The notes beneath the pieces were generated by a model. It worked only from the letters and a program-made list of their open reading frames with translations. It made no database searches and was not told the DNA's origin. The position numbers were made by a program, and so were the translations under genes. DNA of 64,000 nt, taken from the IMG/VR virus record IMGVR_UViG_3300043823_000671, positions 1 to 64,000 of that record. One strand, written 5' to 3'. The DNA comes from a virus. This document shows positions 30,345 to 39,636 of the stretch, piece after piece; position 1 is the first letter of the stretch; each line of letters opens with the position of its first letter.

Positions 30345-31556
30345 ATGGGAATCAACGTTTCAGCGGAAGTAATAGCAATTGACAGCATCAAGCCCCACCC
30401 GCTCAACCCACGGCTGGGCGACATTGTCGCTATTGCGGACTCGCTAAAAACCCACGGTCAGTACTCACCGGTCGTCATTTGGAATGACACCATCATCGCT
30501 GGAACGCACACCTGGAAAGCGGCAAAATCCCTTGGGTGGAAGGAAATAGCGGTAACACGCTACAAGGGCGATGAAGACAGCGCCATGAGGGTCCTGGTAG
30601 CCGATAACAGGACGAGTGACATAGCGGTCTACAACAATGAAATACTTCTACAGTTGCTAAAAGCAGTCCCAGAATTGGATGGGACGGGCTGGGAAACAGC
30701 GGAGATAGAAGCGCTAAATATCTCTCACGAACTCGATTCCGGCGGGGTGGCAGGTGCTGGCGGTGGCGGAGCGGGTAAAAAAGACGGCGCCGAAACAGTC
30801 AAAATACGTATCGGTGAGTTTCAGGGCGACCTCGACCCAGAAATTTACGGCATTTGGATACAAAGCCTTATCGATGCGGTTGGCGAAAAAAAGGCGAAGA
30901 TAAATAAAGAACTGAGGGACCGTCTAGATGTCCCCAAGGAACCGAGGGCGCCCAAAAAAGACACCAAAGAGCCTCCAAAGCCCCGTTTGAGCCAGCAAAA
31001 TTTCAGCATGGGCGAGACGACCCTCGAACCCATATCGAGCCTAAAAAGGTATCCAGCGAACCCCAGAGAAGGCGATATAGGTGCAATCAGCGAGTCGCTC
31101 AGGACCCTGGGGCAATACCGACCCGTTGTCGTCAACCGCTCCACGAGGGAAATCCTGAAAGGCAACCACACCGTAGCGGGCGCTTCGTCGCTTGGCTGGA
31201 CGGAAATAGCGGTCGTCTGGGTCGACGTAGACACCGTCGAGGCTACCAAAATTGTTCTCGTAGACAACAAAACCTCAGACAAAGCGACCTACGACAAAGA
31301 CCTGCTCACTGGAGTTTTGGAAGATATCAGCACCCTGGAAGGTACGGGCTTCGATGCCGACGACTTCCACCAAGAAATTCGTGGGAACGATACGACACCA
31401 AAGCAATCCAAAGTCAAGTTTAGGATTGGTGAGTACGGATTTACAAGCACGCAAAACGTTTACGAAACGTGGCGGGAAGAAGTTGACCTACCAAACGATG
31501 CTCTACATCGACTGGGGTTGCCGTTGACCGCCCTTGTAAACAAGACCGAGGAATAA
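30345..31556 (+). CDS. Protein with two ParB/Srx N-terminal domains
   Basis: Two copies of P.NPR.GD..AI..SL...GQY.P.V ... G.HT ... DN[RK]TSD. Confidence 0.85.
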   Translation: MGINVSAEVIAIDSIKPHPLNPRLGDIVAIADSLKTHGQYSPVVIWNDTIIAGTHTWKAAKSLGWKEIAVTRYKGDEDSAMRVLVADNRTSDIAVYNNEILLQLLKAVPELDGTGWETAEIEALNISHELDSGGVAGAGGGGAGKKDGAETVKIRIGEFQGDLDPEIYGIWIQSLIDAVGEKKAKINKELRDRLDVPKEPRAPKKDTKEPPKPRLSQQNFSMGETTLEPISSLKRYPANPREGDIGAISESLRTLGQYRPVVVNRSTREILKGNHTVAGASSLGWTEIAVVWVDVDTVEATKIVLVDNKTSDKATYDKDLLTGVLEDISTLEGTGFDADDFHQEIRGNDTTPKQSKVKFRIGEYGFTSTQNVYETWREEVDLPNDALHRLGLPLTALVNKTEE

Positions 31557-31558
31557 AC

Positions 31559-31951
31559 GTGGACGAACTAAACGAAATTGCGGACTGGTTGGACCAAGCA
31601 GATAACGAAAATGTTATTTCCAAGTCCGGCGAGACATATGTTCCACCACAAGGAGTCCAAGACTCAGCAAAGCAAGCCCTCGAATGGATGGCTGATGGCA
31701 AGGCTGGAGTTGGGTTTACGTCCGTCGGGCGAAAGCGTGCAAGCGACCTAGCCAACGGTCACCACGTCTCAGAGAAAACGCTACGACGCATGAAGGCATA
31801 CTTCGACCGTCACCAACCCGACAAAAAGTCTCCGCACTGGGACGAGCCGAGCCCGGGGAAAGTTGCGTGGTACGCATGGGGCGGTGACCCTGGCTACTCA
31901 TGGGCTAAAAAAATGGTCGACCAATTCAACCGAGCCGACGAGAAGAAGTAG
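31559..31951 (+). CDS. Stand-alone phage head-associated domain (AWxxWGG motif)
   Basis: PP.GV...A, T.VG..RA..LA, RM.AYF.RH, AWYAWGG; I recall this pattern fused to portal/MuF-type head proteins (unverified). Confidence 0.6.
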   Translation: MDELNEIADWLDQADNENVISKSGETYVPPQGVQDSAKQALEWMADGKAGVGFTSVGRKRASDLANGHHVSEKTLRRMKAYFDRHQPDKKSPHWDEPSPGKVAWYAWGGDPGYSWAKKMVDQFNRADEKK

Positions 31952-31968
31952 TCAGAAAGTCTATTCAA

Positions 31969-33579
31969 ATGCCAGAGGAACTTACTCTCATTCAAAAACT
32001 CGCCATCATCATGAAGGGCGACGTTCCGGGTCATGAGTTTCATGGCAATCAATACACGGGTGGCGAAGGGGCAACGGGGGAAGGTCTACTAACCGGAGCA
32101 CAAGTTAAGTCCGCAATTTTCTCCCCCAAAGGCATTGAAGCATTTAATCAAGTGATGATGAAACAGGGTTACCTCGCCTATCCAAATAACCACCCCATGT
32201 TTGGCGGTTGCGGAGTGGTCGCTAAAGCGTTGCTCAACATTTACCCCAACGGGAAAATGGTTGCTATTGGCGACCGAATAACGCCAGAAGAAGGGCAAAA
32301 CTACCCGCCTATTTTCGTTCAGCACTATGCAGTGCAAATTGGACCAGATAAGTTTGTTGATGCCGAAGGCGAAAGAAGTTTCGAACAAATAAAGAAAGAC
32401 TCAGACCCATTTTCATTTACCTCTAGGTGGGAAGTTGAGCCCGCCACGCCAAGCCTTATATCAAGGTTCCAAAGCATCGCTACTTGCACCGACCAAGAAG
32501 CCAAAGACTACGCCAACGCATTACTGGAGGCGAGTGGCAGTGACCAAGTAGTCAAGGGCGACAAGCCCGGGCACGACTTCCACGGCAATCAGTATGAAGA
32601 AGTCGCAAGCGAAGGAACCCAAAAAGTAGACAACGTTTTTGGGTACAAATTGCCAACTGGGTGGAGTCGCCTCGTGGACCAAAATGGTAAAGACGTTGAC
32701 CCGTCCGTCGTCACCCTCGTTTCCGACAAGGGGAACAAAGCAATTTTCCCAGAGTACCCAGACGACAACCCGTCACGGATGTCTGACCCGTCAGCCAATT
32801 TCTGGCAACCGGCGCTACCCGAAGCAAAATCAGCAATGGCGACAATCGACCAGTACGCATCCGGCGTCACTTTGAATTTCTTGAACCAAGCCGGTAAAAA
32901 CGCAATGGGCGCATTTAACCCCAAGCACCCAGACACCATCGAAATTGGCAATTACAGGAAATGGAATCCAGAAACACGCCTAAGCAACGGTAAGACCGCA
33001 GAAACCCCCCACAACAGCATCAATCCACCTTATGGCGAACTAGGTGGCTGGAGCGTAAGCAGTATGTTCAAGGGTGGTGACGGTATACGGGCAACCGTAC
33101 TGCACGAATTGGGTCATTTGACTTTTTTTGGCACCGGACACGAAGTGAACAAAATCTACGACGTGCTGGAGCAGACCAAAAAAGATATCGGTGACACCGG
33201 GCGAGCGGTCAATTGGGAAAACGCACACGTTGCGTCAATCCGCAGGGCGCTCGTGGCATCATCAAAAAACTACTCGGGCATAATTCTTGAAGGCAAAGAC
33301 TACAAGTTTTCATACGACGAGCGAGGTAAGCCAAACGTCGACGAACTTACCCAACGAATTATTGATGATGGCGTGGATGCGACATTCCCCCTTACGGAAG
33401 CGCAAGCAAGCACCCTATCCAGGTATGGGACCACAAGATATGGTGCGACAAACTTGGGCGAAATGTTCGCAGAAACATACGCAATGTATAGAACACCTCA
33501 GTTTGAGATGACGCCACTAATGTCGAACATGGCAAAAGCATTCAACTGGGGCGAACGACCCAACCAAGGACAGCAATAA
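31969..33579 (+). CDS. Tagged two-module protein: papain/transglutaminase-like domain plus HExxH zinc metallopeptidase
   Basis: Tags at 32014-32055 and 32554-32595; GGCGVVAKAL/QHYAV/FVDAEG; VLHELGH...YG..N..EMFAE. Confidence 0.75.
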   Translation: MPEELTLIQKLAIIMKGDVPGHEFHGNQYTGGEGATGEGLLTGAQVKSAIFSPKGIEAFNQVMMKQGYLAYPNNHPMFGGCGVVAKALLNIYPNGKMVAIGDRITPEEGQNYPPIFVQHYAVQIGPDKFVDAEGERSFEQIKKDSDPFSFTSRWEVEPATPSLISRFQSIATCTDQEAKDYANALLEASGSDQVVKGDKPGHDFHGNQYEEVASEGTQKVDNVFGYKLPTGWSRLVDQNGKDVDPSVVTLVSDKGNKAIFPEYPDDNPSRMSDPSANFWQPALPEAKSAMATIDQYASGVTLNFLNQAGKNAMGAFNPKHPDTIEIGNYRKWNPETRLSNGKTAETPHNSINPPYGELGGWSVSSMFKGGDGIRATVLHELGHLTFFGTGHEVNKIYDVLEQTKKDIGDTGRAVNWENAHVASIRRALVASSKNYSGIILEGKDYKFSYDERGKPNVDELTQRIIDDGVDATFPLTEAQASTLSRYGTTRYGATNLGEMFAETYAMYRTPQFEMTPLMSNMAKAFNWGERPNQGQQ

Positions 33580-33728
33580 TGGAAAAGCCAAATCTCAAAA
33601 ACGGGATGGCGGAAATTTCGTATGTCGAGACAGAGCGTGGCGGGTACACCGCCATCGGAAAATACTTTTTGTCTCGGGATGGTGAACTGAAGCCAGAGTC
33701 TGAGTACAGCGAAGAAAACGAGATGTAG
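33579..33728 (+). CDS. Small acidic hypothetical protein (49 aa)
   Basis: TAATG coupling and AAGGA RBS; below the ORF-track length cutoff. Confidence 0.45.
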   Translation: MEKPNLKNGMAEISYVETERGGYTAIGKYFLSRDGELKPESEYSEENEM

Positions 33729-33868
33729 GCACCAGTTTCCAAAACTGGCGCAACGAAAATCACCATAAGTAAGTGATTACTTAATCATTCAAATCTTTAG
33801 CCCGGGTTACTTGACACCAGTACACCAGGTCACTACAGTGTGCTACACCTAGTTAAAGGAGTAGCCAC

Positions 33869-34066
33869 ATGGCATCAATCCTCATTTTGGCAGTAGTCGT
33901 GTTGTACTGGTTCTGCCTAATCGAAGCAATTCTCATCCCGGGTCCGCAGTGGCTCCGGGCTGGAAAGAGCAAGGGCGCATGGGTCACGTTGCTCATTTTC
34001 TTCGGAATCTTTGCAGGAATCCCGTACCTAATCAGCATTCGTAACGCCGTTAAGTCGGCTAAGTAG
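33869..34066 (+). CDS. Small membrane protein (DUF2516/PLDc-N-like)
   Basis: AAGGAG RBS; upstream TTGACA-N17-TACAGT; W.RAGKSK..W motif; two TM segments. Confidence 0.65.
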   Translation: MASILILAVVVLYWFCLIEAILIPGPQWLRAGKSKGAWVTLLIFFGIFAGIPYLISIRNAVKSAK

Positions 34067-34120
34067 CAATTGGCGGTACGTCTAACTAAACGTTATTCGT
34101 ACTTCTAATTGACAAAAGTT

Positions 34121-34168
34121 CGTTCGTCGGTACCCGGTTTTCCCTTACTTCCCGGGTACCGGCGGGCG
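34121..34168 (+). other. 17-bp hairpin with loop TTTTCCCTTACTTC
   Basis: CGTTCGTCGGTACCCGG / CCGGGTACCGGCGGGCG with three G-U pairs. Confidence 0.6.
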
Positions 34169-34206
34169 TCCCAAGCCGAGCGTGCTAAAAGCCGATAGGA
34201 CCGAAC

Positions 34207-35373
34207 GTGCCCGAAGAAGAGCAGTTATCGCTAACGCTAACCGAACAGCCGTCGCACGACGTATGGTTACCGCTCGAACGCTCAACGACGCCACTCGTCT
34301 CAGTACTTGAACTAGACGAAATAACGCAACAAGCAGTCGCTAAATTCGACTACTCATCAGTTTCCACCGAGTTCTACCCGTGGAAAATACCCGAAGACTT
34401 ACCAGAAGAGTATGGGATTGGTCTAATCGTTGGCGGGTCGGGAACTGGTAAAACCGTACTGTTGGAAGAGTTTGGCACACCGTCATCACCGGCGTGGGAC
34501 AACAACAAAACCATTGCGAGTCACTTCGACGACCACGAGATGGCACTTCAGCGGTTCTACGCAGTCGGGTTGTCGTCAGTCCCGGCGTGGACAAAGCCGT
34601 ACGGCGTACTTAGCAACGGCGAAAAATTTAGAGCGAATTTGGCTCGACTTCTAACCAGCGACACCGTTATAGATGAGTTCACCTCAGTAGTTGACCGGAC
34701 GGTCGCAAAAGCATCGTCAAAGACCATGCGAAAGTACGTAGAAGAGTGCGGAATCCAGCACCTCGTTCTCGCATCGTGTCACCACGACATAATCCCATGG
34801 CTCGAACCTGACTGGATAATTGACACCGATTCAGGTATGTACTGCATCAAGCCAAAGGAGTGTCTTCATCGGGAACCCATGGTGGCAGAAATATACGAAG
34901 TCAAAAGAGAAATGTGGGGAAATTTCATGGAACACCACTACCTCACTAAAGATATTCACAGGTCAGCAACCTGTTTCCTAGCAGTTGTAGAAGGAAGACC
35001 AGCGGGCTTCGCCAGTTCGTTGTATTTCCCAAGTGGGTCAATACAAAACGCCTACCGGGAGCACCGGACCGTAGTCAAGCCAGACTTCCAGGGTCTCGGG
35101 CTGGGACCGAGGATGGCTGACTGGCTAGGCGAGTACTACTTAAACCGTGGATTTAGGTTTTTTTCAAGGAGCAAGCACGGTCGGTTGGGCGAGTGGCGAG
35201 AAGCATCACCCCGATGGCGGGCTACGTCAACCAACAAAAAGGCACGACTCAGCAAAGACGCCAAACGAAATAATGATTTAGCGCACTGGGGTCACGCCAG
35301 GCAATGGGCGTATTCGCACGAGTATGTGGGCGACGTGGCAGAAGTTCTAGTCTCCGAAGGAGAAAAAATATGA
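34207..35373 (+). CDS. ABC-type ATPase fused to Mom-like GNAT acetyltransferase
   Basis: GGSGTGKT, LSNGE signature, IDEFTS, SCH; then HHYL and RTVVKPDFQGLGLG acetyl-CoA motif. Confidence 0.85.
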   Translation: MPEEEQLSLTLTEQPSHDVWLPLERSTTPLVSVLELDEITQQAVAKFDYSSVSTEFYPWKIPEDLPEEYGIGLIVGGSGTGKTVLLEEFGTPSSPAWDNNKTIASHFDDHEMALQRFYAVGLSSVPAWTKPYGVLSNGEKFRANLARLLTSDTVIDEFTSVVDRTVAKASSKTMRKYVEECGIQHLVLASCHHDIIPWLEPDWIIDTDSGMYCIKPKECLHREPMVAEIYEVKREMWGNFMEHHYLTKDIHRSATCFLAVVEGRPAGFASSLYFPSGSIQNAYREHRTVVKPDFQGLGLGPRMADWLGEYYLNRGFRFFSRSKHGRLGEWREASPRWRATSTNKKARLSKDAKRNNDLAHWGHARQWAYSHEYVGDVAEVLVSEGEKI

Positions 35374-35715
35374 AGAAATTAGGGTGGCTAACGTTGATAG
35401 GTATGGCGGTTGTGTTTATGCTGGCATACCTCGCTATCGACACCATGGAGAACGCACCGTGAAAACCAAACTGGGCTACGACTTTTACCTCCGTAGCGGG
35501 GCGATGGAGTTCAACCGGCACGCAAAGAAGAAAAATGGCCGCTCAACCGAAGGATGGCTAGAGTTTTCATGGCGTCACGTCGGTCTGGGTATCAACGTAC
35601 GGTTCTCACGTCATAACTTCACGCTCGACATCAACCTTCCATTCGTGCAGTTCTATGTCGATAGTTACAACTTCACCAAGTTAGTAGAGAAACCAGTCGA
35701 TGCGTGGGGGGACAA

Positions 35716-36000
35716 ATGGTAAAAGCCAAGACAAAGCGCAACACTAGACGGTTCCACGTAGCAAGCGCCACAGCCTTTCCAAATATCAGGGTGTGGTTCG
35801 CACGGTGTTCAGACTGTTCGACCGTACTGCGCTTCACAGACAAACCACCGTTAGGGTACGCACGCAACACCTATTTAGCAAAATCCGAAGACATGGTCCG
35901 GATGCAACTAGACGAGATACTTAGGTGGCGAGTCCTCGGTAATGGCGACCAAGTCTGCCACGAGTGTTTCGTCAAGCACAACACCGGGGCGGGCGAATAG
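35716..36000 (+). CDS. Hypothetical Cys-containing protein
   Basis: CSDC and CHEC pairs; ATG after GGGGG. Confidence 0.5.
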   Translation: MVKAKTKRNTRRFHVASATAFPNIRVWFARCSDCSTVLRFTDKPPLGYARNTYLAKSEDMVRMQLDEILRWRVLGNGDQVCHECFVKHNTGAGE

Positions 36001-36064
36001 TGGACACCGTGATAGTCATGGCGGTTGGGGTGGTCTTGTTACTGCTCCTGATGGGAGTGACTTC

Positions 36065-36829
36065 GTGGTAGGTGGAACAGTTGAGGTACAAAACAAAGAC
36101 TGCCTCGACTTCCTGCGCTCCGTAGAAGACGCCAGCGTCTCTTTGGTTATTGCTGACCCTCCGTATTTCATAGGATACGACGGAGGCAAAGGCTGGGACT
36201 CGCAATGGGCGAGTGAAGCAGAGTATCTCGACTGGTGTAGGTCGTGGACAAGCGAGTGTGTCCGAGTCTTGCGCCCTGGTGGTGTTCTGGTTGTTTGGGG
36301 CACGCTAAAAACTGACACGTTCCTTCGCTACAAACTTGATGTGCTGAATACTTTCGACGAGTTGGTGGCGCAGAATGAAATTGTCTGGTCGTACAACTGG
36401 GGCGGTAGAACAAAAAAGAACTTCGCTAGGAAGCACGAATATATGTGGTGCTACTCAAAGGGCACCGACTTTTTATTCAACGCTGATGACGTTCGGGTAG
36501 AGCGCAAAGTAAAGAAAAACATACGGACTGGTCTCCCGTATGAGCAAGGGACAATACCAACGTGCGTATGGCAGATAAATAACCACACAACGTCGCTAGA
36601 CAATTGCTCATGGCACCCGACAACAAAGAATCTTGACGTATTGGAGCGACTGGTACGTGCCTACTCAAATGCGGGCGACTTGGTAATCGACCCGTTCTCG
36701 GGCTCGGGGAGTACAGCAATTGCATCCCTCCGTAGCAACAGAAGTTTCAAAGGTTCCGAGTTAGACGAAGAATATTACGAACTTTCACTTGGCCGCATCC
36801 GGTCATGTGTGGAAAAGGCAACCCAATGA
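36065..36829 (+). CDS. N6-adenine/N4-cytosine DNA methyltransferase (beta class)
   Basis: DPPY precedes HPT.K and DPFSGSG; start uncertain. Confidence 0.9.
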   Translation: MVGGTVEVQNKDCLDFLRSVEDASVSLVIADPPYFIGYDGGKGWDSQWASEAEYLDWCRSWTSECVRVLRPGGVLVVWGTLKTDTFLRYKLDVLNTFDELVAQNEIVWSYNWGGRTKKNFARKHEYMWCYSKGTDFLFNADDVRVERKVKKNIRTGLPYEQGTIPTCVWQINNHTTSLDNCSWHPTTKNLDVLERLVRAYSNAGDLVIDPFSGSGSTAIASLRSNRSFKGSELDEEYYELSLGRIRSCVEKATQ

Positions 36830-37389
36830 GCGAGAAGTACGACATTATCGTTGCGGACCCACCGTGGTCCTACTACGGACAGCAAGACAAGTGGGGTAGC
36901 GCACAAAAGTTCTACAACACCATGTCGCTAGACGACATTATCGAAACCGGCGGGCTACCAGACAACCTAAGCGACAATGGAATCTTGTTCTTATGGGCTA
37001 CTTCACCACTGCTCGACGTAGCAATGGAAGCGATACGCCGGTGGGGACTGCACTTCAGGGGCGTAGCCTTCGTATGGGTCAAGACTAAGAAAAACGAGCC
37101 GGAGACGCCAATAAAAGCACAGGGCGTACGACCGTCAATTGTCAAGCCAACCACCGAGTACGTGCTGGCGTGTTCACGGGTAGCCAAAGGCAGACCGCTA
37201 CCACTCAATGACGAGTCAATTTGCCAAGTCATATTGGCACCAAAGCGTGAGCACAGTCGCAAGCCAGACGAACTTTTTACCAGAATCGAATCCATGTACC
37301 CGGATGCGACAAAACTGGAGATGTACGCACGCCAGTCACGACCGGGCTGGGACAACTGGGGCAACCAAACCGACCTATTCGACGAGTAG
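36826..37389 (+). CDS. MT-A70-family adenine methyltransferase
   Basis: ADPPW, LFLW, WVK, EHSRKP, LEMYAR, WGNQ. Confidence 0.9.
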   Translation: MSEKYDIIVADPPWSYYGQQDKWGSAQKFYNTMSLDDIIETGGLPDNLSDNGILFLWATSPLLDVAMEAIRRWGLHFRGVAFVWVKTKKNEPETPIKAQGVRPSIVKPTTEYVLACSRVAKGRPLPLNDESICQVILAPKREHSRKPDELFTRIESMYPDATKLEMYARQSRPGWDNWGNQTDLFDE

Positions 37390-37401
37390 CAGGAGCAAGC
37401 A

Positions 37402-37770
37402 ATGGACCGGGCGCAACGACAAAGCCTACGAGAAGCACACAGACCCTTCTTCATGACCCTAGAAGACCAAGACCTAGAGGCAATAGTCTGCGAAGTATGC
37501 GAAACGCCCTATCCGTGCGACATGGTCCAATTGCTCAACGAAACAGAACCAACTTTGTGCCAACGTTGCGATAGGGAGATAACCAAAAACGGGGCGGGGT
37601 GGAAACACCTCATAGACGACGGGAAGTTATGTAGCGCACCATCCCCAGAGGGCGAAGAACCACTACTACCCACTATGCGACTCAACCCCAAGTACAAGTT
37701 CCCAGAACAGACCTTTGTACGATGCACCTATGGACCACCACCGTGGGCAATGGAAACAAAGACCCAATGA
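37402..37770 (+). CDS. Small Zn-binding protein (H..CxxC..YPC family)
   Basis: AGGAG RBS; paralog of the genes at 42.3-44.1 kb. Confidence 0.6.
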   Translation: MDRAQRQSLREAHRPFFMTLEDQDLEAIVCEVCETPYPCDMVQLLNETEPTLCQRCDREITKNGAGWKHLIDDGKLCSAPSPEGEEPLLPTMRLNPKYKFPEQTFVRCTYGPPPWAMETKTQ

Positions 37771-37797
37771 ATACTGAACTGGGGTAAAATAAACCCC

Positions 37798-38133
37798 ATG
37801 GATGAACGCACGTACACCCTTCAACTAACACTTGAAGACCTAGAGGAACTAGACAACCTAGCCCACCTACTAGGCGAGTCACGGGGCGGACACCACCTAA
37901 CCGGAACGCTGAAAATGGTATGCGAGTTGTACCAGGAAGCAAGCGCAAAAAACCCGGGCGAAAACAAACCACGTAGCAAGCCAGACACACCCACCTACTG
38001 GGGAATGACACAAGAACCCATAAAGGGAGAGACACCCAAATGTCTCACAGGCAACCACTCATGGAACTACGTATCCCAAAACGCCTTCTCAATGGGTATA
38101 TGGGAATGCACAGAGTGCGGAAGACAGGCATGA
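37798..38133 (+). CDS. Hypothetical protein with C-terminal Zn ribbon
   Basis: TAAAAT box 7 nt upstream; C...H...CTECG. Confidence 0.55.
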   Translation: MDERTYTLQLTLEDLEELDNLAHLLGESRGGHHLTGTLKMVCELYQEASAKNPGENKPRSKPDTPTYWGMTQEPIKGETPKCLTGNHSWNYVSQNAFSMGIWECTECGRQA

Positions 38134-38939
38134 CCAACAAAGAACCAGTAATCCCAGACCCAGATACACCACTGGCAGAGGTAACCCCTAAGCGTTACGT
38201 ACCAGAGGTAAAAAAGGTACGACCACCAGTACAGACTGGACGCAAGACCACCTTGACACCAGAGTTGGTGAAAGAGATAAGCGACACGTTACGCATATGT
38301 GCAACCATGGCAGATACTGCTAGTTACCTAGGAGTGCCATATGGAACCATGCAGTCATGGATACGTAAGGGCAATGAAGTAGCCCAAGAAGCAGAGGTAT
38401 CTGGACGTGAACTGACAGATAACGAACACCTGTTCGTATCGTTATCGGTAGAAGTAGAAAAAGCAAGGGCAGAGGCACGGATTAGGGCAGTCGGTAAAAT
38501 CAGAACAGCCATGGACGGCAACTGGCAAGCGGCAGCCTGGTACCTAGAAAGGTCCAAACCAGATGAATGGGCACGGGTATCGAGGACTGAATTGTCAGGT
38601 ATCAATGGGGAATCCATAAAGGTTGACGTGGATGCGGTCAACCGGAAGTTAGAAGCACTGATACAGGCGAACATTATTGACGCTGAGGTTGTGGAGGGAC
38701 CTGAGTTCGATATGGAGGCTGAACTGGTCTCGGATGCGGTTGAGGTTGTGGTGGAAGAAGTTCCAAAAGTGGCGAAAAAGACGCCCCGCTCTCACGAGCC
38801 CCGGAAAAAATCTCAGGACACAACCCCGCCAAAAACCCAGGATGCAGAGCCCCCGGTCGATGGCACCGAGCCGGAGCAAGCAAGCACGCCCAGCGACGTT
38901 GACACAAGCACTGGGCAGACGCCCCACTCCGAGCAATAA
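38130..38939 (+). CDS. terS: Terminase small subunit (HTH)
   Basis: ATGA coupling; GRKTTLTPE, HTH, WQAAAWYLER; disordered acidic tail. Confidence 0.7.
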   Translation: MTNKEPVIPDPDTPLAEVTPKRYVPEVKKVRPPVQTGRKTTLTPELVKEISDTLRICATMADTASYLGVPYGTMQSWIRKGNEVAQEAEVSGRELTDNEHLFVSLSVEVEKARAEARIRAVGKIRTAMDGNWQAAAWYLERSKPDEWARVSRTELSGINGESIKVDVDAVNRKLEALIQANIIDAEVVEGPEFDMEAELVSDAVEVVVEEVPKVAKKTPRSHEPRKKSQDTTPPKTQDAEPPVDGTEPEQASTPSDVDTSTGQTPHSEQ

Positions 38940-39108
38940 ACCCACCCTGAAGTCGAGTACCCGTTCCACGGGCACGCCGAGATATTGGCATTCCACTAGG
39001 GCTATGGGCGCACGACCCACTTCTTCCAAAACCCACGAACGCCGACGCCGGAGAACCACTACAGGTTGTGGTCGGTACCCGAATAAACAACACGGGCGTA
39101 GGAGTATC

Positions 39109-39123
39109 TAGTGGAATCCACTA
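39109..39123. promoter_or_regulatory. Palindromic box TAGTGGAATCCACTA
   Basis: 7-1-7 palindrome; identical copy at 40971. Confidence 0.6.
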
Positions 39124-39426
39124 CCGGAAGCCGTACGAGCCAGAAGCATTTAGGAACCAGAACCCGTACCAGCCAGAAGGAAGTCGCAGAACCGAAGCAT
39201 CCGGGATTTTCCAAAACTCAGAAGCGGTAAGCCGCCGGGTTAACAACCCTCAGAAGACCAGGTCAAGCCCCGCTAAGCCAAACCCTTGCAAATAAAGGGC
39301 AGTGCTAAAAGCGAAAGCCCGCCGGTTAACAGGACCAGAATCACGGGCGTCCAAGAAGCCCGAGCCTTGTGACAAAACCCACAAGCAGTCGCTACCACAT
39401 GACACTAAACCCGTGTACACTTATTT

Positions 39427-39636
39427 ATGAAGGTAAGTAAGGAGATGGAAATGGCAATATTGGACAGTGACCTAGAAGGCAAGGTTCGTTGCTACTGCGG
39501 AGCCAAGTACTGGGAGAACGGTATCTGCGTGGACTGCGGACTCGATATCTACAGCCTTGACGGGCAAGCCCTGTTGATGGACAACCACCAGTGGCAGTAT
39601 CGTCTGCGGACGTTCGAGCAATCGGTGCGTGGATAG
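39427..39636 (+). CDS. Small Zn-ribbon protein
   Basis: CYCG..C.DCG; downstream of a CTAAACCC/TACACT promoter; start may be 39451 after AAGGAG. Confidence 0.55.
   Translation: MKVSKEMEMAILDSDLEGKVRCYCGAKYWENGICVDCGLDIYSLDGQALLMDNHQWQYRLRTFEQSVRG

Noticed and set aside
38649-39295. ORFs predicted downstream of or antisense to terS
   Set aside because: Low-complexity Arg/Pro-rich translations without RBS; treated as non-coding
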